Notes: a model not told the origin generated them from the sequence alone. A stretch of 64,000 bases of DNA from Octopus vulgaris (GCA_951406725.2 OX597816.1:142228001-142292000); one strand, 5' to 3'; positions 13,840-28,161 are shown, numbered from the stretch's first letter. Numbers and translations: made by a program.

Positions 13840-14909
13840 CTCCACCACAAAAGAAACCGAAATTTTGCAATATTATTTTATTCACTTAGCTTTGCATCTT
13901 TACACTTCTATCACCTCCAAAGTATTCTCCATTTGAAACAATACATTGATCCAGATGCATTTTCCGCTATTCCAAGCAGTGCTGGAACTCTTCATGAGGA
14001 AGCCACCACTCTACACTTTGCCACACGTCAGGGTTTTTATCTCATCGTGTCTCATAAATGCTTCAGAGCTGCCAAGTAAAATATCTGCTTAACAATTTGA
14101 CCAGGAGCAACAAATTATCTGTAGACTATTTCTTCACATCGATGAAACAAATCAGCATCATCTTGACATTGGACTTCACTTGATGTGCTTTTTGGGGGTG
14201 TGGTGACATTGAATGCTTACATTGACTTGATTGCTGCTTCATTTCTGGGTCATAGCCATAACATCACCTTTTGTCACCAGTTATGACCTTTGAATAAAGG
14301 TCCGGACCAACTTCCAACTTCAGTTCACAACATGCATTCAGTCATGACTGCTTTTGATCTGTGAGTAAGCAAGGCACAAATTTTGCTGTTACTCTTTTCA
14401 TTCGCAATTCCTCACTCAGAATTCATTGGCAGAAGCTCCGGGACACATCAGTTATATCAACAAGTTCGTCAATTGTTTGGCAACGGTCCTCCAAGATCGA
14501 TTCATGAATTTTCATGATGTTTTCATTCATTTGGGAAGTTGACGGTGGCCCTGAACAATGTTGGTCTTCAAGTGGCAAGTGACCATTCCTAAAGCATGAA
14601 AACCGCTCATGAACTTGTGTTTTGCTCTTGACAGCATCGTTGTAAGCTGTTTGAAGCAAAACTGTTTTTGCCAACGTTTTCCCCAGCAGAAAACAGAATT
14701 TCACAGAAGCACACTGTTCTTTCATTTCAGCCATCTCAAAAATCAATGAATAGTGGAGAAGCACTGCAAAACAATGATGCATCACATGACAGTATGACTT
14801 CATATGAAGCCGCTGGTTGCATCAAGTGGCTTTTAGCAGTAGATGCCCGAACTACAACATGCTTGCACCACAGAGAACATTTTCTGCTACTTTTGGGTAC
14901 CCCTTTGTA
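13840..14909 (-). mobile_element. Tc1/mariner element with internally deleted transposase pseudogene
   Basis: The minus strand encodes EQCASVKFCFLLGKT...LEDQHCSGPPSTS (HTH), AKFVP, VITGD, CYGYDPE and the C-terminal CIVSNGEYFGGD. The right end is TTTTGGGTACCCCTTTG-TA. The left TIR is degenerate, so that boundary is approximate. Confidence 0.85.
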
Positions 14910-15412
14910 ACCCCACCTTCTCACTTGGATATTAGCAACAAAAACTTCAAGCTACTTTAACAGTTTTCTTTCCCAATTTCTCTAAATTCCTCTTTTATCT
15001 CTGCTACTTTCTGAAATTCCCCAACTGCCAACATCTGTTCAACTATCTCTCATACTGCATTAAGGGCATTTATCACACCTCAGTTCTCAGTGTCAGCATA
15101 CTTCCAACAATAACTGTGCTGCTGTATAGGTTGAATCATTTTTTATTCTTAACTAACTTCACTTGTTAGTCTCCTTACCTAGTCATATCTTTAACAGACC
15201 TGTTGGTTCTTTAAACACTCTTCACCTCTTTCTTGCCTCTAAATCCATCCTTTACCCCACCATTCTAATATCTGCTTCTGTTACATTACCTGATAATTTC
15301 TTATTGAATACATTTATCATAATGTCACTTATGTACCTTAAGCCTTCTGATATTTTAAGACAGCTAATTAGTCCTATTTCTACACTTACTAGTACAGTTC
15401 ATTTTCCATTAA

Positions 15413-16485
15413 CTCTTTCAATGCAAAACCGCCCGAAAAAAATTTTGGTTAATGTAACCAAACCGCCCAAAGCCGCCCGAATTTACCTGTTCATATTTAA
15501 ATGAGAATATCAGAGCAAATCTCTTTAGTACATTCGTGAAGACACGTATTATACTTCGTAAACAGTTCAACTACGGTTTTATACAAAAATCGAAGTGTAA
15601 TTTTAATTCCGTGAATTTTGGGAGATTTTTTTCCGAAATTTGTTCCTATTGTGTTTTCAAAATTTGTAATTCTGACAAAAAATGGATACGAATTTCATTG
15701 TATCAAGCAGCGAGTCAGAATTCGAAGGATTTTCTACTGAAGACCTTCATAAATCTAACTCTATGACTGAAAAAAAAAGCATGTGGTATTTGATAATGAA
15801 TCTGATGTTTCATTTTCCGAAAGTGAAAACAGTGAATCCGAGAGCTCCGACAGCGATAAAGAAAATGAATTGGCACCTGAATGGAGTGAAAATTTAAAAA
15901 CTGTTTCTTTCGGTGATTTTTCTGAAGAAACTGGACCAAGCCACAGACTTTCCCAGAAGAGTAAAGCCTTAGACTATTTCTATTTACTTTTTCAAATGAA
16001 CCTATTTGAAATCATTACGGCGGAAACGAACCGTTATGCTAAATGTAAACAAAGCGAAAGAAAGGATAGTTAGTGGTTTCCCATAACCTTAAATGAAATT
16101 AAGACTATTTTGCCATAAATATTATTATGGGTATCAGAAAGTTACCCAGAATAACAAATTCTATCGTAAAATTTTGTTGTATACCCAATTGAATATTAAC
16201 TAATAACCCATTTTCTATAGCGATGTTTGAACAAAATTTTAATAATTTTATATATTGTTGAATTTACCTGTATCTACCTGCAATTAGTCACTTTGTGACA
16301 AAAATTATAGTATAGAATTGGTTGAGAACATTTCATTAAATTATCTTCCAAAAGTCATGCTAATATATTGATAAATAAAAAAGTTATAGTTGTTTAATGA
16401 AACCAGACTAAATTTATGGTTACGTTAGAAATTAATTGAAACAAATAAGGGGTGTATTTTGGTCAGAAATATAGTAATGAAAGGG
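15413..16485 (+). mobile_element. piggyBac internal-deletion derivative
   Basis: TTAA at 15409-15412 and 16486-16489. Ends are CTCTTTCA... and ...ATGAAAGGG. Encodes an acidic N-terminus and PGBD-like LDYFYLLF...IITAETNRYA...W.PITLNEIK..FAINIIMGIRKLP, then truncates before the DDD core. Confidence 0.88.
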
Positions 16486-16489
16486 TTAA

Positions 16490-17440
16490 GCTAGACCTAC
16501 CAGAAACCTGCTATCCTGTGTCAAACACATGTTTGCTCTATTTTTACTCTGTGAATTTATTTCTTGCTCTTGATATCAACAAAGTCTTTGACTATATCTA
16601 GTATGGTGACTAAGCAAAATTATCTTCCTGTGGTTTCCATTCACCTTTAATATCTTGGATTGGAAGTTTCAAGTCATTGTGCTCTATCAAAACACTTGTC
16701 ACTCTTCAGCTTGTATTCTACTAATTTTTATGTACTACACAGCTCAGTTATATGCCCTGTGCATAACAACCTACTTGTCACTTACTCTTGAGTGCACCAT
16801 GGTAATCATACCAACTCAAATATCATAGAACTTAGACAATTACGTATTTGACATGCATTATTTTCATGAACAAAGATCTTGAAAAGATCTTTCAATTGGT
16901 ATGTAATAACCTGGATCCCCCTCAACAGCACTAGATACATTCACTACACAAATTGAGAAAACACTTTACATATAAAGCCTCCATGAATTTTACAAATGTT
17001 TGGTTTCACAATCTGTGATGATCTTTCCTAGTAGGTCCTCTCACACACACACATACATACACACTATGCATATTACACAGTCCAAACTTCTAAGTATATT
17101 CAATTTTCATCTCTCAGCAATTGCTAACCATCTACAAGGCAAAAGAACATATCATACTAGTGTATTGCACTCACTATAGTGTCACCCTGCCATCTCTTCT
17201 ACCATGACTGCTTTTTCATCCAAACTGTACTATTTCCACCCAAGCTCGCTCAATTTACATTCCTCTTTTCTTATCATCACTTGACATCACAAGCCCTGCA
17301 CTGAAGACTTCTCAATCCATCTTACTCCAAATTACATCCTTCTGAAACCCTCCTACCACCCATTAAAGCTATCAATTTACTGATGTTTAAGCTGATTATT
17401 AACTGCACCAACCTTACAAAAGTCTGTAATAGTCATGAGT
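16490..17440 (+). mobile_element. Decayed CR1/Jockey-group LINE reverse-transcriptase relic (may extend upstream to about 14911, split by the piggyBac)
   Basis: LALDINKVFD (compare ALDISKAFD), LISWIGSF and LLTIYKA fragments. The 3' part resembles the LINE tail at 50170-50520. Confidence 0.6.
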
Positions 17441-17745
17441 TCTTTTTCCTTCTCTCCTGACTAAATACCTTTTTTTATTCATTTAAAAAAAAAGTCCATC
17501 CTCTGATCAATCAAAAAATAATTGGTTGTTGTCTCTAGCTGATCTTTTGAGAGTATAACAATGAGTATATTGTTTAGACACACCTAATTCCCTGCAGTAG
17601 CTAAGGCATACCTTTCCTTATGGTACATAAACTTCTTTATTGGCTTGCTGGAATTTCTGATACCTGTATGATTTATACTGAAATTGGATCTAGGATTTAA
17701 AGATGAGGAAGCAGTAAAGTAATATCTGTTAGAGGTTTGTGTGTG

Positions 17746-17790
<45 letters not shown>

Positions 17791-18059
17791 TATAATATAT
17801 ACGCATGTGTGTGTAAAGGGCAAATCAGAAAAAAAGACTAGTATTGGCTGTGTTCTGCTATTGGCTTATGTAAGATGTTGGAGTTGGTGACCTATAGAGA
17901 TAATTATGACATTAATTTCACTTATAACAGTTTATTTTATGAAGAATAGTCAGTCAAGGAAAATGAAAAATTTCCTAATTAGTAATATAATATATCACTT
18001 TAAATTTGTCTTATTTCCCGAAAATATGTCATTAAGCAACTACTTTGCTTTGGTTTCAT

Positions 18060-18500
18060 TTTCTAGTGTTTTCTAAGATATAACATTTCCAGTATTGTTA
18101 AGTGGAATCTTGTATAATAAAGTGTATCAATCTGCCAGAAACAATTCAGTAATTTTAAAAAAAAGCTCTGTACATTTGTGTATGTGAAAAAGAAAATTAG
18201 TTTTTTTTTTCTAAGATCATTACAGATCTTCTCTGGCAGGTATTTTATGTCATTAATTATTTCTAGATGTTTCTGAGCCAAAATAAAATATTCAAATTTA
18301 ATGAGCTCCCATAGCATTTTAACTGTGTTTGAAATATCACAAAATTATGATCTGTAACAGCAATCTTATTCTCAACAGAATCAACAAATAGAAAAGTAGC
18401 TTCAGCTATGACAATTATATTTTGGAAGACCTTGGCTGGCATAGCTATAACTTCTCTAACCACTACTTTGTTTGTCAGAGTAAGAGCATTCACAAGCCAC
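18060..18500 (-). pseudogene. Possible very old hAT transposase C-terminal relic
   Basis: Weak resemblance only (FQNI...FLFVD, WELIK...YLPEK...DLRK, RFHLT) to the GTF2IRD2-like hAT dimerisation region. Confidence 0.25.
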
Positions 18501-19932
18501 TTACTCTAAGGCTCCAGTTGTCAAGTTTATTGGTGTCCTCTTGTAGATACTCTTCGGAATTTTCAATGTGAATATAGTTTACCTGATAATATTGTTTCTA
18601 TAGATTTATTAAAACAGATGATGAAGAGAAGTGACACCAGGACACTTTCATAAGACATATAAGAATTATGCCAGAATTCTATCTGAATGAAAACTCCATT
18701 TTAATAATTCATGAAATAGTGAAATGACTTCAGGAAATACCAAATCACACATAACATTCAACTTCAATTATATTGTTTTTGTATTTGTATGATATATATA
18801 TATATATATATATATTATGAGACATTGTCATACCTCTTTAGAAGATCTATTGCAATTCAACTGATGTACTTTCTTCACCCATGAATTTGATTATTGTCTG
18901 TTGTGGTCACCAGTTGTGAAATGTTTGAGTGATTACTTTTAAGCCATTTCAACAGGAAGTAATTTGATTGTACATAACCCAGATGTTCACCTTTTGTACA
19001 ATTTAATTATCCCTTCAAAAGTCTTGGGAAATAATATAGAAACAGATTAGTTGGAAGTACTGTATGAAACCAAATTAAATGTGTGTTTGAATTTAATCTC
19101 TTTTCTTTCTGTTAATTTCAATCATAATGCCTATATAGTCTCCATCATCGATATAAAAGTTTCAGAAAAATGTAGCTTGCCCATCTTTAAAGTACAATTT
19201 GCTGTATAATGTTTATATGATAGAATTAGTCTGCAATATTGTATGAAATATATTTCTTTAATAACTATGTATAAACTCCAAACCATTTCAAATTAGACTT
19301 TCCATTCTGTTGTTGCTCCCTCATTTTAAACAATTTCATTACCACTTTAATAATTAATGCTGAATGATTAAAAGATAATGAAATTTCAACTGTAGACTCT
19401 CTCTCACACACACACACTCACCATAGTTTCATGGTTTGTTGAGTTAAGAGTTTTTCTTACCCAGCAATATTTATTTGCATGTACAGTCTTTCAACAGATA
19501 CAACTTTGTTTTGACTCTGTCATTTCAATAACTGAACAGTTTCATTACAATCTCAGTTCGTATACATTCAAAGTCAGTCTTTATGGGCAATTAATTTACA
19601 GCACATACTTTTTTCACTTATCTCTTAAACATGAAATGCAAAAGACAAAAGTAGGTTTTAAAAGATAAACTCAAAAAGCATAGAAGTTTTGAGTACTTAT
19701 CTCTGGAAGTTTTTTATTTACTATTTTTCATTTTATTTGTTTTTCTTTTACTGATATCAGTAGCCATAAACTTTTCTTATTGATTTCTAAGTAAGGTGAT
19801 GATAGAGTTATTCAGTGGTGGCTAAAATTTCAAATTGATTAAAGTAAAATTTATCATTTTGAGAAATTTGTGATGCCTGACATTGGTAATTAATCTTCTT
19901 AGATTTTTTAATTTAAATATATATACATACAG

Positions 19933-19964
<32 letters not shown>

Positions 19965-20656
19965 TATTAGAAGGTGGGTAGACATGGTTGATGTAAACTT
20001 TAGTTACAGTTCATTGCAGTATCACAATGTAAATAGCCAATAATAAAAGAATCAGTCAAATAAAGATGCAGAAGAAATGAAAACACCAAGGATTTTTTTA
20101 TCATATTTCTGATGTTTTTAGTCACATAGAAAAAATCTTTTATATTTATTTTAAATGATAAAGAAGTTATATTTTGTTGAAGATTATACTTCCATAAAAT
20201 TTTTTTTTTATTTCGTATTTCAGTTCAAGACTCCTTAACTAATTTATCATATAGTATACTACGTTTCTAATAACTCTTGATAAATCCTAGAGAATTGGGT
20301 GCTGTGAGGTACCAACTGGCACCACAACTTTTTTCTATCTAAACTTCCAGGCTGGACAGTAAATTGGATTAAAAAGGCAATGATTTCTATACAGCTCCAC
20401 TCACTCGCATTACCAAACACAGTATCATAATATGCAGTGTGATCCCAATCAGGCTAAAGCATGACATATGTACATCACTTAAATTACTCCAACCAGAACA
20501 TTTAACTTGGCATCTGTCAATTAATTATGCTAGGCTATATTGAGTTTCCTTCTTGCTACACCACCAACTAAAAAATATGCTTTAACAGATTCTTGTGTGT
20601 GCATGTACACAAACTACATCAGTGTTTATTTAAATCAAACATCTAATTTCTTTCAG

Positions 20657-20735
20657 GTTAAATTGAATTCTGAAGGCCATATTGTATATAGCATTTCAAG
20701 CGACAAAATTCTTATCAAAGACATTGTGCGAAACA
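20657..20735 (+). CDS. Internal exon (79 nt, phase 0/1), LamG middle
   Basis: TTTCTTTCAG acceptor and GTAAGT donor at 20736. Encodes VKLNSEGHIVYSISSDKILIKDIVRN+A; phases match both neighbouring exons. Confidence 0.85.
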
Positions 20736-21164
20736 GTAAGTTATGTTATTGTTGTTTGTGTTGTTAGAGTATTGGATTGGAAGAGTTTCTAAAGCACTGG
20801 TTAAATGCCTACCATTTAAATCCCCCTGAGCTCAACATTACCTTTCATTCTTCTTGGACCAATAAATACCAGCCAAATATTGGAGGAAATTTGATTAACT
20901 TTTCCCTACAAAATTATTAGGAAATGTATTTATTGGTAGAATTATTAAAGTATCGGGGTAAAATCTTTGCAATATTTCTCCTGGCTCTTTTTTTTTTTTT
21001 TTTTTTGCTAAGTTCAAATCCCACCAAGGCCAGTTTTACCTTTCATCTTTCCAGGATCAATAAAATAAAAACTAATCAGGTACTGTGGTCAATGTTATTG
21101 ATTAACTCACACCTCTCCTCAAAATTGCTGGCCTTCTGACGAAATAAAAAATTATTGCGTTGTT

Positions 21165-22360
21165 GTTGTTATATTTTCAACAGCCTTGTGCATGTTTCTA
21201 CTACTCCCACCAGATGCACCTCTATGTTCCAATAGTGTATGGACCATTGTCTTTTGGGCATGTATACTTCATTAGTTTTTTTTTTTTTTGTTTTGGGCTT
21301 TATTAGTATGTAGTTAATATTATGTGGTTTAGTGTCAGGTGGTGTATTTATAACATTAATGAATGGCAAATATATAGAATGTGAGTTGCTTGTTTTATAG
21401 TGTTTAGCACTGATCATTTATGAATATGTATTATGTAGTTGGGTGTTGATTGTAAAGAGTATGTGTTGTTATATTGTTTGGTGATGCATTTATTGTGTGT
21501 TATTTTATGTGGTAACGTTGAAAGTATGTTTTGTTTTTATATGCAGATAGTGTTCTGTTTAAGTTGTACTAGTGAATTAAAAGTGTCTTGAGTAGGCTTG
21601 TGCTGTGCCTAGTAGGATTGTCTTTTGGATTGTGTATAACATTCTAAACTTGTCTGTTTTGTTCATAATTTTTCTCAGTTATCATAGTTAGTGCACTGGC
21701 AGGAACTGAACAGTTAGAAGAATTAATGAGGTCAACTGTCACATTGTACTAGTAAAGTAATCTATACCTGATGTTAATATCTTTTCTCACTTTAGTTTTG
21801 TACATTTTTGTGCCTAAGCATTAGACTTATGCTGTTAAAATTGGATCTTCTATTTCTGCTTTTAGTCCAGTGCTATTGAACCATTGTTGGCATTGAATTT
21901 GGCTTGATTCCTCTCTGTTGAGGCTTATGAGATATAAGCAAGAGTGGCTTTTCCCTTTCATTTTTCCCCACTTAATTTTGGAATTTATTTTGATTTTGCC
22001 AGTTGTTCTTTTTTTTCTTTTTTTTAGCTATATCTCTTATTTAGTCTTTACTTAAATTTTTTTTCTTCAGTGTAGTTAGTTTCCTGTTTGTATTTTATCA
22101 TTTTATTATTAGAGAGAACTTGTGTTTTTTTGTTTTTTTTTCTATTTCATGCTTTCTCATCACACTAATCAGTTTCCCTTTTCTTTCTTACTTTTAAGTG
22201 GTGTTCATATGCCACTGTTGTTTTATTTAGCTACAGAGAAAGGTATCTTCAAACTAGAAACCTGGCCTGAATGCTTGCAGCAGAGCAGACTTTACTAAAA
22301 GCATCTTAAGTGCCAGGTCACAATGTTAAACTGGGTGATAGATCAAGTCTACCATCCAAT
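21165..22360 (-). mobile_element. Possible Penelope-like retroelement relic
   Basis: Strong A/C strand skew. Weak RT-like fragments (PKLSG..., QWFNSTGLKAEIE) and a degenerate hammerhead-like motif at its 3' end. Confidence 0.3.
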
Positions 22361-22454
22361 TAGGTTATAACAGCATTTAAACTCAGAACATAAAGAACAA
22401 AGATTCAGATTCAATGTTCTTACAAGTCTGCCGATCTACCATCTTGGATATCTT

Positions 22455-22680
22455 TTTATTTTTTACTTGTTTCAGTCATTTGACTGCAGTCATGCTGGAG
22501 CATTTATTTTTTTAGGTCCGGTACTTATGGCTTCCTCACAGTTTCTGTCTATTGAATTCAGTCACAAGGCATTGGTTAATCCAAGGCTATAATAGAAGAC
22601 ACTTGCCTGAAGTGCCTCATAGTGGGACTGAACCCAAAACCATGTGGTTGCAAAGTGACCTTCTTAATCACACAGCCACT
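22455..22680 (-). mobile_element. SINE family B, internally deleted
   Basis: Head and CORE-like part (GTGGCTGTGTGATTAAGAAG...GGTTCAGTCCCAC...GGCAAGTGTCTT) joined to the tail CAGCATGACTGCAGTCAAATGACTGAAACAAG. Confidence 0.7.
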
Positions 22681-23220
22681 TACCCTGATGAACAGCAAAG
22701 TTGTCTCCCAACAGAGTTTGAACTCAGCATTGAGTGTCAACAAATATTGTGAAGTATTCTGTCCAGTACGCCAATGACTGCCATTTCACCAGCATAAATG
22801 TATTTTCTTTGTGTTGGGGCTGCTTTATTTATGTGGCATGCCTAGAGTATCCAGTATTGTATGTTTCTCCAACATAAATCTATATTCATTAACTTATTAA
22901 CTGGATAAAAATGGATCACTTGTAATTGATCAGTTGTTTAATATTCCAGGATCAATAAAATATGTGTGATAACCCAATAGTCAACAGTTCAATTAGGTGT
23001 TTGCATGTGAAGGCCATATCTAAATCCTGTATCAGTTATCTGTCAATTGTAACAACACTGTACATTAGGTTTACCTGATATATTAAGCCATTCAAGATTT
23101 AAATGTCTGGCAAAAGTACATGGAAATATTGCATCTTGTGTGAATTTTAGATATATCAAGGTTTCGTGTTACTTTTCTACAAAATTTTGTTTTCGTATTA
23201 TTGTTAGCATTGAGAATGTG

Positions 23221-24091
23221 CAAGGTGGTATCAAAACTTTTTAGACAAGTTCTGTAGTGCAGCAACAGATAGCAGCACATAGTTGTGTGCACAGTGAGAG
23301 CTAGCAGTGACCTTTGTGGGGCAGTGTGCTGAGGGACATTGCTGTGTTTACTTTGCAAGTAGTAAAATTTGTATTTTTGTGATTGCGTGTATGCTGTAAT
23401 CTGTGATTTGTGTCATGGACAGAAAGTTGGAACAAAGGGCCAACACGAAATTTTGCATTAAATGTGGGAAGTCTGCTACAGAGACCTTGAGTATGCTTCA
23501 ACAAGCTTATGGCAATGAGTTGTACACAATGTTTCGAGTGACATGAGTTCTTCAAAATCAGAAGAATGTCTCTGGAAGATGATGAGCAATCTGGGAAATG
23601 TTGAGAAAATTCATCAGCTTGTGCCTGAGGATCGTCAGAGGACAATCAATAACATTACTGATGTTGTTGGTCTACCATATGGGTCCATGCAGGCAATCCT
23701 AATGTTTGGATTCTTCATGACGACCATGCACCCTGTCACCAAGCTCTTCTACTTCATGACTTTCTCTCCAAAGACAACATGGTATCACTTCCGCACCTGC
23801 CCTATTCACCAGATTTAGCACCTGCAGACTCCATCCCTTCCCAAAGATAAAAATGCTGCTCAAAAGTTGCCATTTTAACATCATTGTTGAGATCCAGAGC
23901 AAATTGCAGGTGGTCCTTGACTTACTTACAGAAAATGACTTCCAGGATGGATTCCAAAAGTGGCAGAAATGCTGGGACTAGTGTATTGTTGCACAAAGTG
24001 ACTATTTCAAAGGAAATGATGTTAAAATGTAGGTAAATAAGTTACTTTTTATTTAACATAACTAGTCTGGGAACTCTTTGATATCACCTTG
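23221..24091 (+). mobile_element. Tc1/mariner element, internally deleted
   Basis: TIRs CAAGGTGGTATCAAAACTTTTTAGACAAGT and ACTAGTCTGGGAACTCTTTGATATCACCTTG, with TA at the right end. Transposase from ATG 23415 (MDRKLEQRANTKFCIKCGKSATETL), then WILHDDHAPCH, PYSPDLAPAD and CIVAQSDYFKG. Confidence 0.9.
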
Positions 24092-24529
24092 TAAATGGTT
24101 AAATGAAATGATGAACAAAAAACTAGCCCAGCAGGTCAGCAATTTATATCCTGCTGGTGGTACAGCTTTATGTTTGGAAAAGACAAATAGCTACCAAGGT
24201 GCAGCCCACCTTACTGTAAACAGGTACTATGAGATTTTATAATTGGCCATTGTAAGCAGTACTGCGCAGTAAAATTGATGACTGATACACTAATTTTATG
24301 TATTTAATTCAATTCTTCCCATAGTAAAAAAAATAATTACAATGAACCAATAGCCTATCCAAGTGATAATTTGGCGACCATTTATTTAATAAAAACGAAA
24401 ATAAGCACTCACTTTATAAACACCTTGACTTGAAAAAGATGACTATTATCTAAAAAAAAATAGTCTGAAATTTGCAATATACAAAAATTGATTCAGTCTT
24501 AGTATTAACCATCTATTAATTGTTGTTTC

Positions 24530-24715
24530 TCAGTTATTTGTTCATCTCGTCTGTTGTGTGTTCATTTCTCCATTGTGTTTTCATCTTTCTGTGCTTTCCT
24601 CATGACCTTCTGTATTAATCTCTTGCATTTGTTCATTTCTCTGTTGTTTGTTCATCTCTATTCTGTGTTCACCCCTCTATTCTGTATGTTTCTTTGTTCT
24701 GTGTCCCATTCTCTA
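24530..24715. repeat. Degenerate ~20-bp pyrimidine-rich minisatellite
   Basis: Recurring TGTTCATCTCT.TTGTG-like unit. Confidence 0.55.
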
Positions 24716-27700
24716 TAATAAGTTAATTTCTCTACTTTCTTTGTTCATGCTCCTGGTGTGTGTTAGGCTCTCTTGTTTGTTAACCTCCATCATTTTTCTC
24801 ATCTCACTGTTGTTGGGGCCCCACTGATTTGTGTTTATTGTTGTCTGTTTGTTCAGAGTTTCCCTTTCTTTCTTTCTCTCTCTCTCTCCCACATACACAC
24901 ACCCTGTTGTGCCTTCATCAGTATAGTGTTTTTATGTGCCCTTGTGTGCTAGTGTTTATCTTATGTAATATGTAAATATCTTTATAGTTTCTTCATCTCC
25001 TTCTCATCTCCCCATTGTTCCAGCACACTGTTGTTTGTTTATGAAGGCTAAGAATAAAATTATTTATGTTTTTGTTATATCAAAGATACCATAGATATTC
25101 ATGTTTGTTGCAATTGATAGTTGTTGATTGAAAAGTTGTTCTAGTCTTGAAGGCAATGAAGGACATAGGTAACTAACAGTGGGGAAATATTGTAATTAGT
25201 GTTTCTTTAAGCCCAAAATCTTACCTTTTTAAATTATTGGTAATTCTCTACATAATGCACATGTATATATGCAATTATGCACTTTGATTAAACATGGAAA
25301 TTTTACACCCTCATTAGTCTAAATCTTTTCATCATGCCTAAAATTTTATTATATGTAGGGAGTATAAATTTGAATCAAAACTAAGATTCTTATATTTAAA
25401 AACCTACAATTTAAAATGTTATATTTAAATTAACACAGTTGACAAAGTATATAGTTATAATGTTATGGATAAAAATAGCTAGAAATTTATTGGAAATAAG
25501 ATCAAAATAAGAAAATTGTCGGCAGGAAAAAAGGAACCAGTCGGGGAATTACATGCATACAAAAATGGATAGAATAAAGAAAAGCAGAAAGAAATGAAAA
25601 AGCAAAAGGATGAAAAGAAAGAATTTGAGGTGGATAGCATGTGTTTGCATATTGATACATTATGATAAAACAATACTAGAAGACAGTATGGAAAAAGTAT
25701 ATATGAGAAAGAAAGGAAAAATATAAAATTAGGTTGAAAAGGAAAGAGAACAAAAATAGGCTTGTTATTATGAAGAGGAGAGAGGGAAGTAAACGCATGA
25801 AAGTATATAAGTCAGAGAGACTCAGAAATGTCACAAAATAAAAATAGAAAGAAAATGAGTAATGGAGAGGAAGGCTTAAGTGTTAACAGTACATAGAAAA
25901 CAGTCGATCAATCCTTAAATAATAATAAAGTTATAGACAAAACAGATTTATATTCTTTTTCCTTTTTTTTTTTTTTTTGATAAAAGAATATATCACTTTA
26001 CCAAAATTCTGTAGTTTATGTAGACAATTTCTTTGAACAACACTTAGCTTACTGAATGCCTTTGACACAAAGATTCTGAATATTTAGAGCACTTCAAAAA
26101 CAAAAAATGCTTTTAAATTTCATATAAATTGCACCTGTATGTAAGTAAATAATATTTAGCCTATAAGTAGAATATAACACCATAGAATGTGCTTGTTTCA
26201 GTCTTAGAAATTGAAAAATTAAATTTCTAGCATGGAAACTTTCTTAGGTGCACAGGCAACATGATCTAGAACCTCCAGACTATAGTTTTACAAATTTGAA
26301 TACTGATTACAGTAAATCAAGTTCATAGTACATCATTCAGTCTCTAGACATGCTGTGATAGAGAAATATTTATTTTCTATGGATACCTAAAAGAATATGT
26401 ATACTGAATGTATTCACTTTTAAAGGTCTGTTCTCATTAATCTAAATCCATTCTCATTAATCTAAATCCTTTCTCTGTGATCTCCTTACTGCCAACTCCT
26501 TACTGAGTTATTTTCTGTCAAGTGGTCATGAGTTAATATTGGAATAATTACATTGTGGTAAATATATAATGGAAGTTTTTTACTATCATTTCTTTGAGTG
26601 ATATATATTGAGATAGTCTAGAAAGCTGTTCTGCTATGTGAGGTGTTACACAGGATGTGCTATATTTCTAAATGAAAAGTATTCCCTTTTTAAGCATTGT
26701 TGTTGTAAGACAATACATAGGAGTAAAATTTCATCGGATGAAAATGGTGTATCCAATATTTTTTCAGATGACTGATATCATTAACTAAATTCTTTGCTAT
26801 TATGGGATTATAACTGGAGGATTTATTTATTAATTGCAATTTTTTCTCTGGCTTCCTACAAGGACTGATTGTAATTCTCAAACTCTCTAAAATAAAAATC
26901 TTTCCTAAATCTATCAAGGTGGTGGTCATTCATAAGGCCTAAATCTTTGGGATAGAACATCTGAAGCAAATCTAAATTATATAATGCTCTACCCCACAAA
27001 CTTCAGCTCACCATAATAATATTTAACCTGAAAGCTATCCTGAAAAAATAATGAAGACCTCTTGACATGCTTGATAAGACTAATTTCAAAACATTAATGG
27101 GGATAATGTTCTTGCAAAATACTAAATATGATGAAGAGATGACTTGGAAATGGATGACGAAAATTCCTGTGTCAAAGTGGGTGAATATTTAAGTATATTT
27201 ATTGTCTATTTGGTTAAACCAAATAATTTCAGCGGAGTTATTTATCCATAAAGGCAAATGTGATGTAACTAATTTTTAAGATAATTATGTCTAAAATGTT
27301 TTCTAACTATATAACCCAGTTTGCTTTTTGCCAGGTTAATGATCCTGCTCTTGCAATCAGCTAAAAAATTAGCCTTTTGATCTTTAAATGCAAGATTTTA
27401 CATAGTGCTACACATTCAGTTCTATCAACTGTTTTACCTTTGGTAGCTAATGTTCGAGCCTTTTTATTAATTTTGTGATAAGTACCAATGCTTATTTTTC
27501 TGTGTATTTGTAATGTTACTTGAAAAAATCCTAGAATGTATGAAATGTCAGTCTCATAAACATTAATGACAGCTCAGAATATACAGATATTTTCCAAATA
27601 TCTTTAAGAATTTTTGTCTTTTTTTTATTTAATGTTCTTGGAAAGTGTTCACCAGAGAACAAAGTTTTACCTTTCTAATAGTTTGAAAGAGTTAGTTCTC

Positions 27701-28161
27701 CCCACCCAATAATTTACTATGCAGATGAAAATTTCTTCTTTACAAGCTTCATTTTTGATCATAGAGAAGCACCAATTTAATTATGAGAGAAATAGGTTTT
27801 GCAGTGCATTCAGATCTGGTGGGGGGGGGGTTTAAATTGAACATTTAAACTGGGTAGTCTAGGAGAGGCGTGAAAAATCTTTTGTGAGTATGAAACTGGG
27901 TGCTGATACACCCTCAGTTAAAAGTTGTTTATAAAAACTACTCTAGAATTTGTGTGTGTGTTAATATTGAACAATGACAATGAGTGTTCAACACTACATT
28001 GGTGGATAAAGATTCTTAATTTGTGGGTTAACAAGATGGAGATAAATATCAACATCCTATGTGGCAGGCTTGATATTTGCTGAGAAATTTTCTCTTGGCA
28101 TGAAACCAATGGTAGCCTTGTGGACCCACAAATAAAGTGTGTGTGTGTATAGACATATATC

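Noticed and set aside
15682-16160. Domesticated piggyBac (PGBD) gene
   Set aside because: It has a frameshift and an in-frame stop, lacks the catalytic domain, and retains transposon ends with TTAA TSDs.
18505-18582. Possible antisense 78-nt exon (CAG|VNYIHIENSEEYLQEDTNKLDNWSLR|GTAAGT on the minus strand)
   Set aside because: No polypyrimidine tract, no partner exons, no recognisable domain, and it adjoins a possible TE relic.
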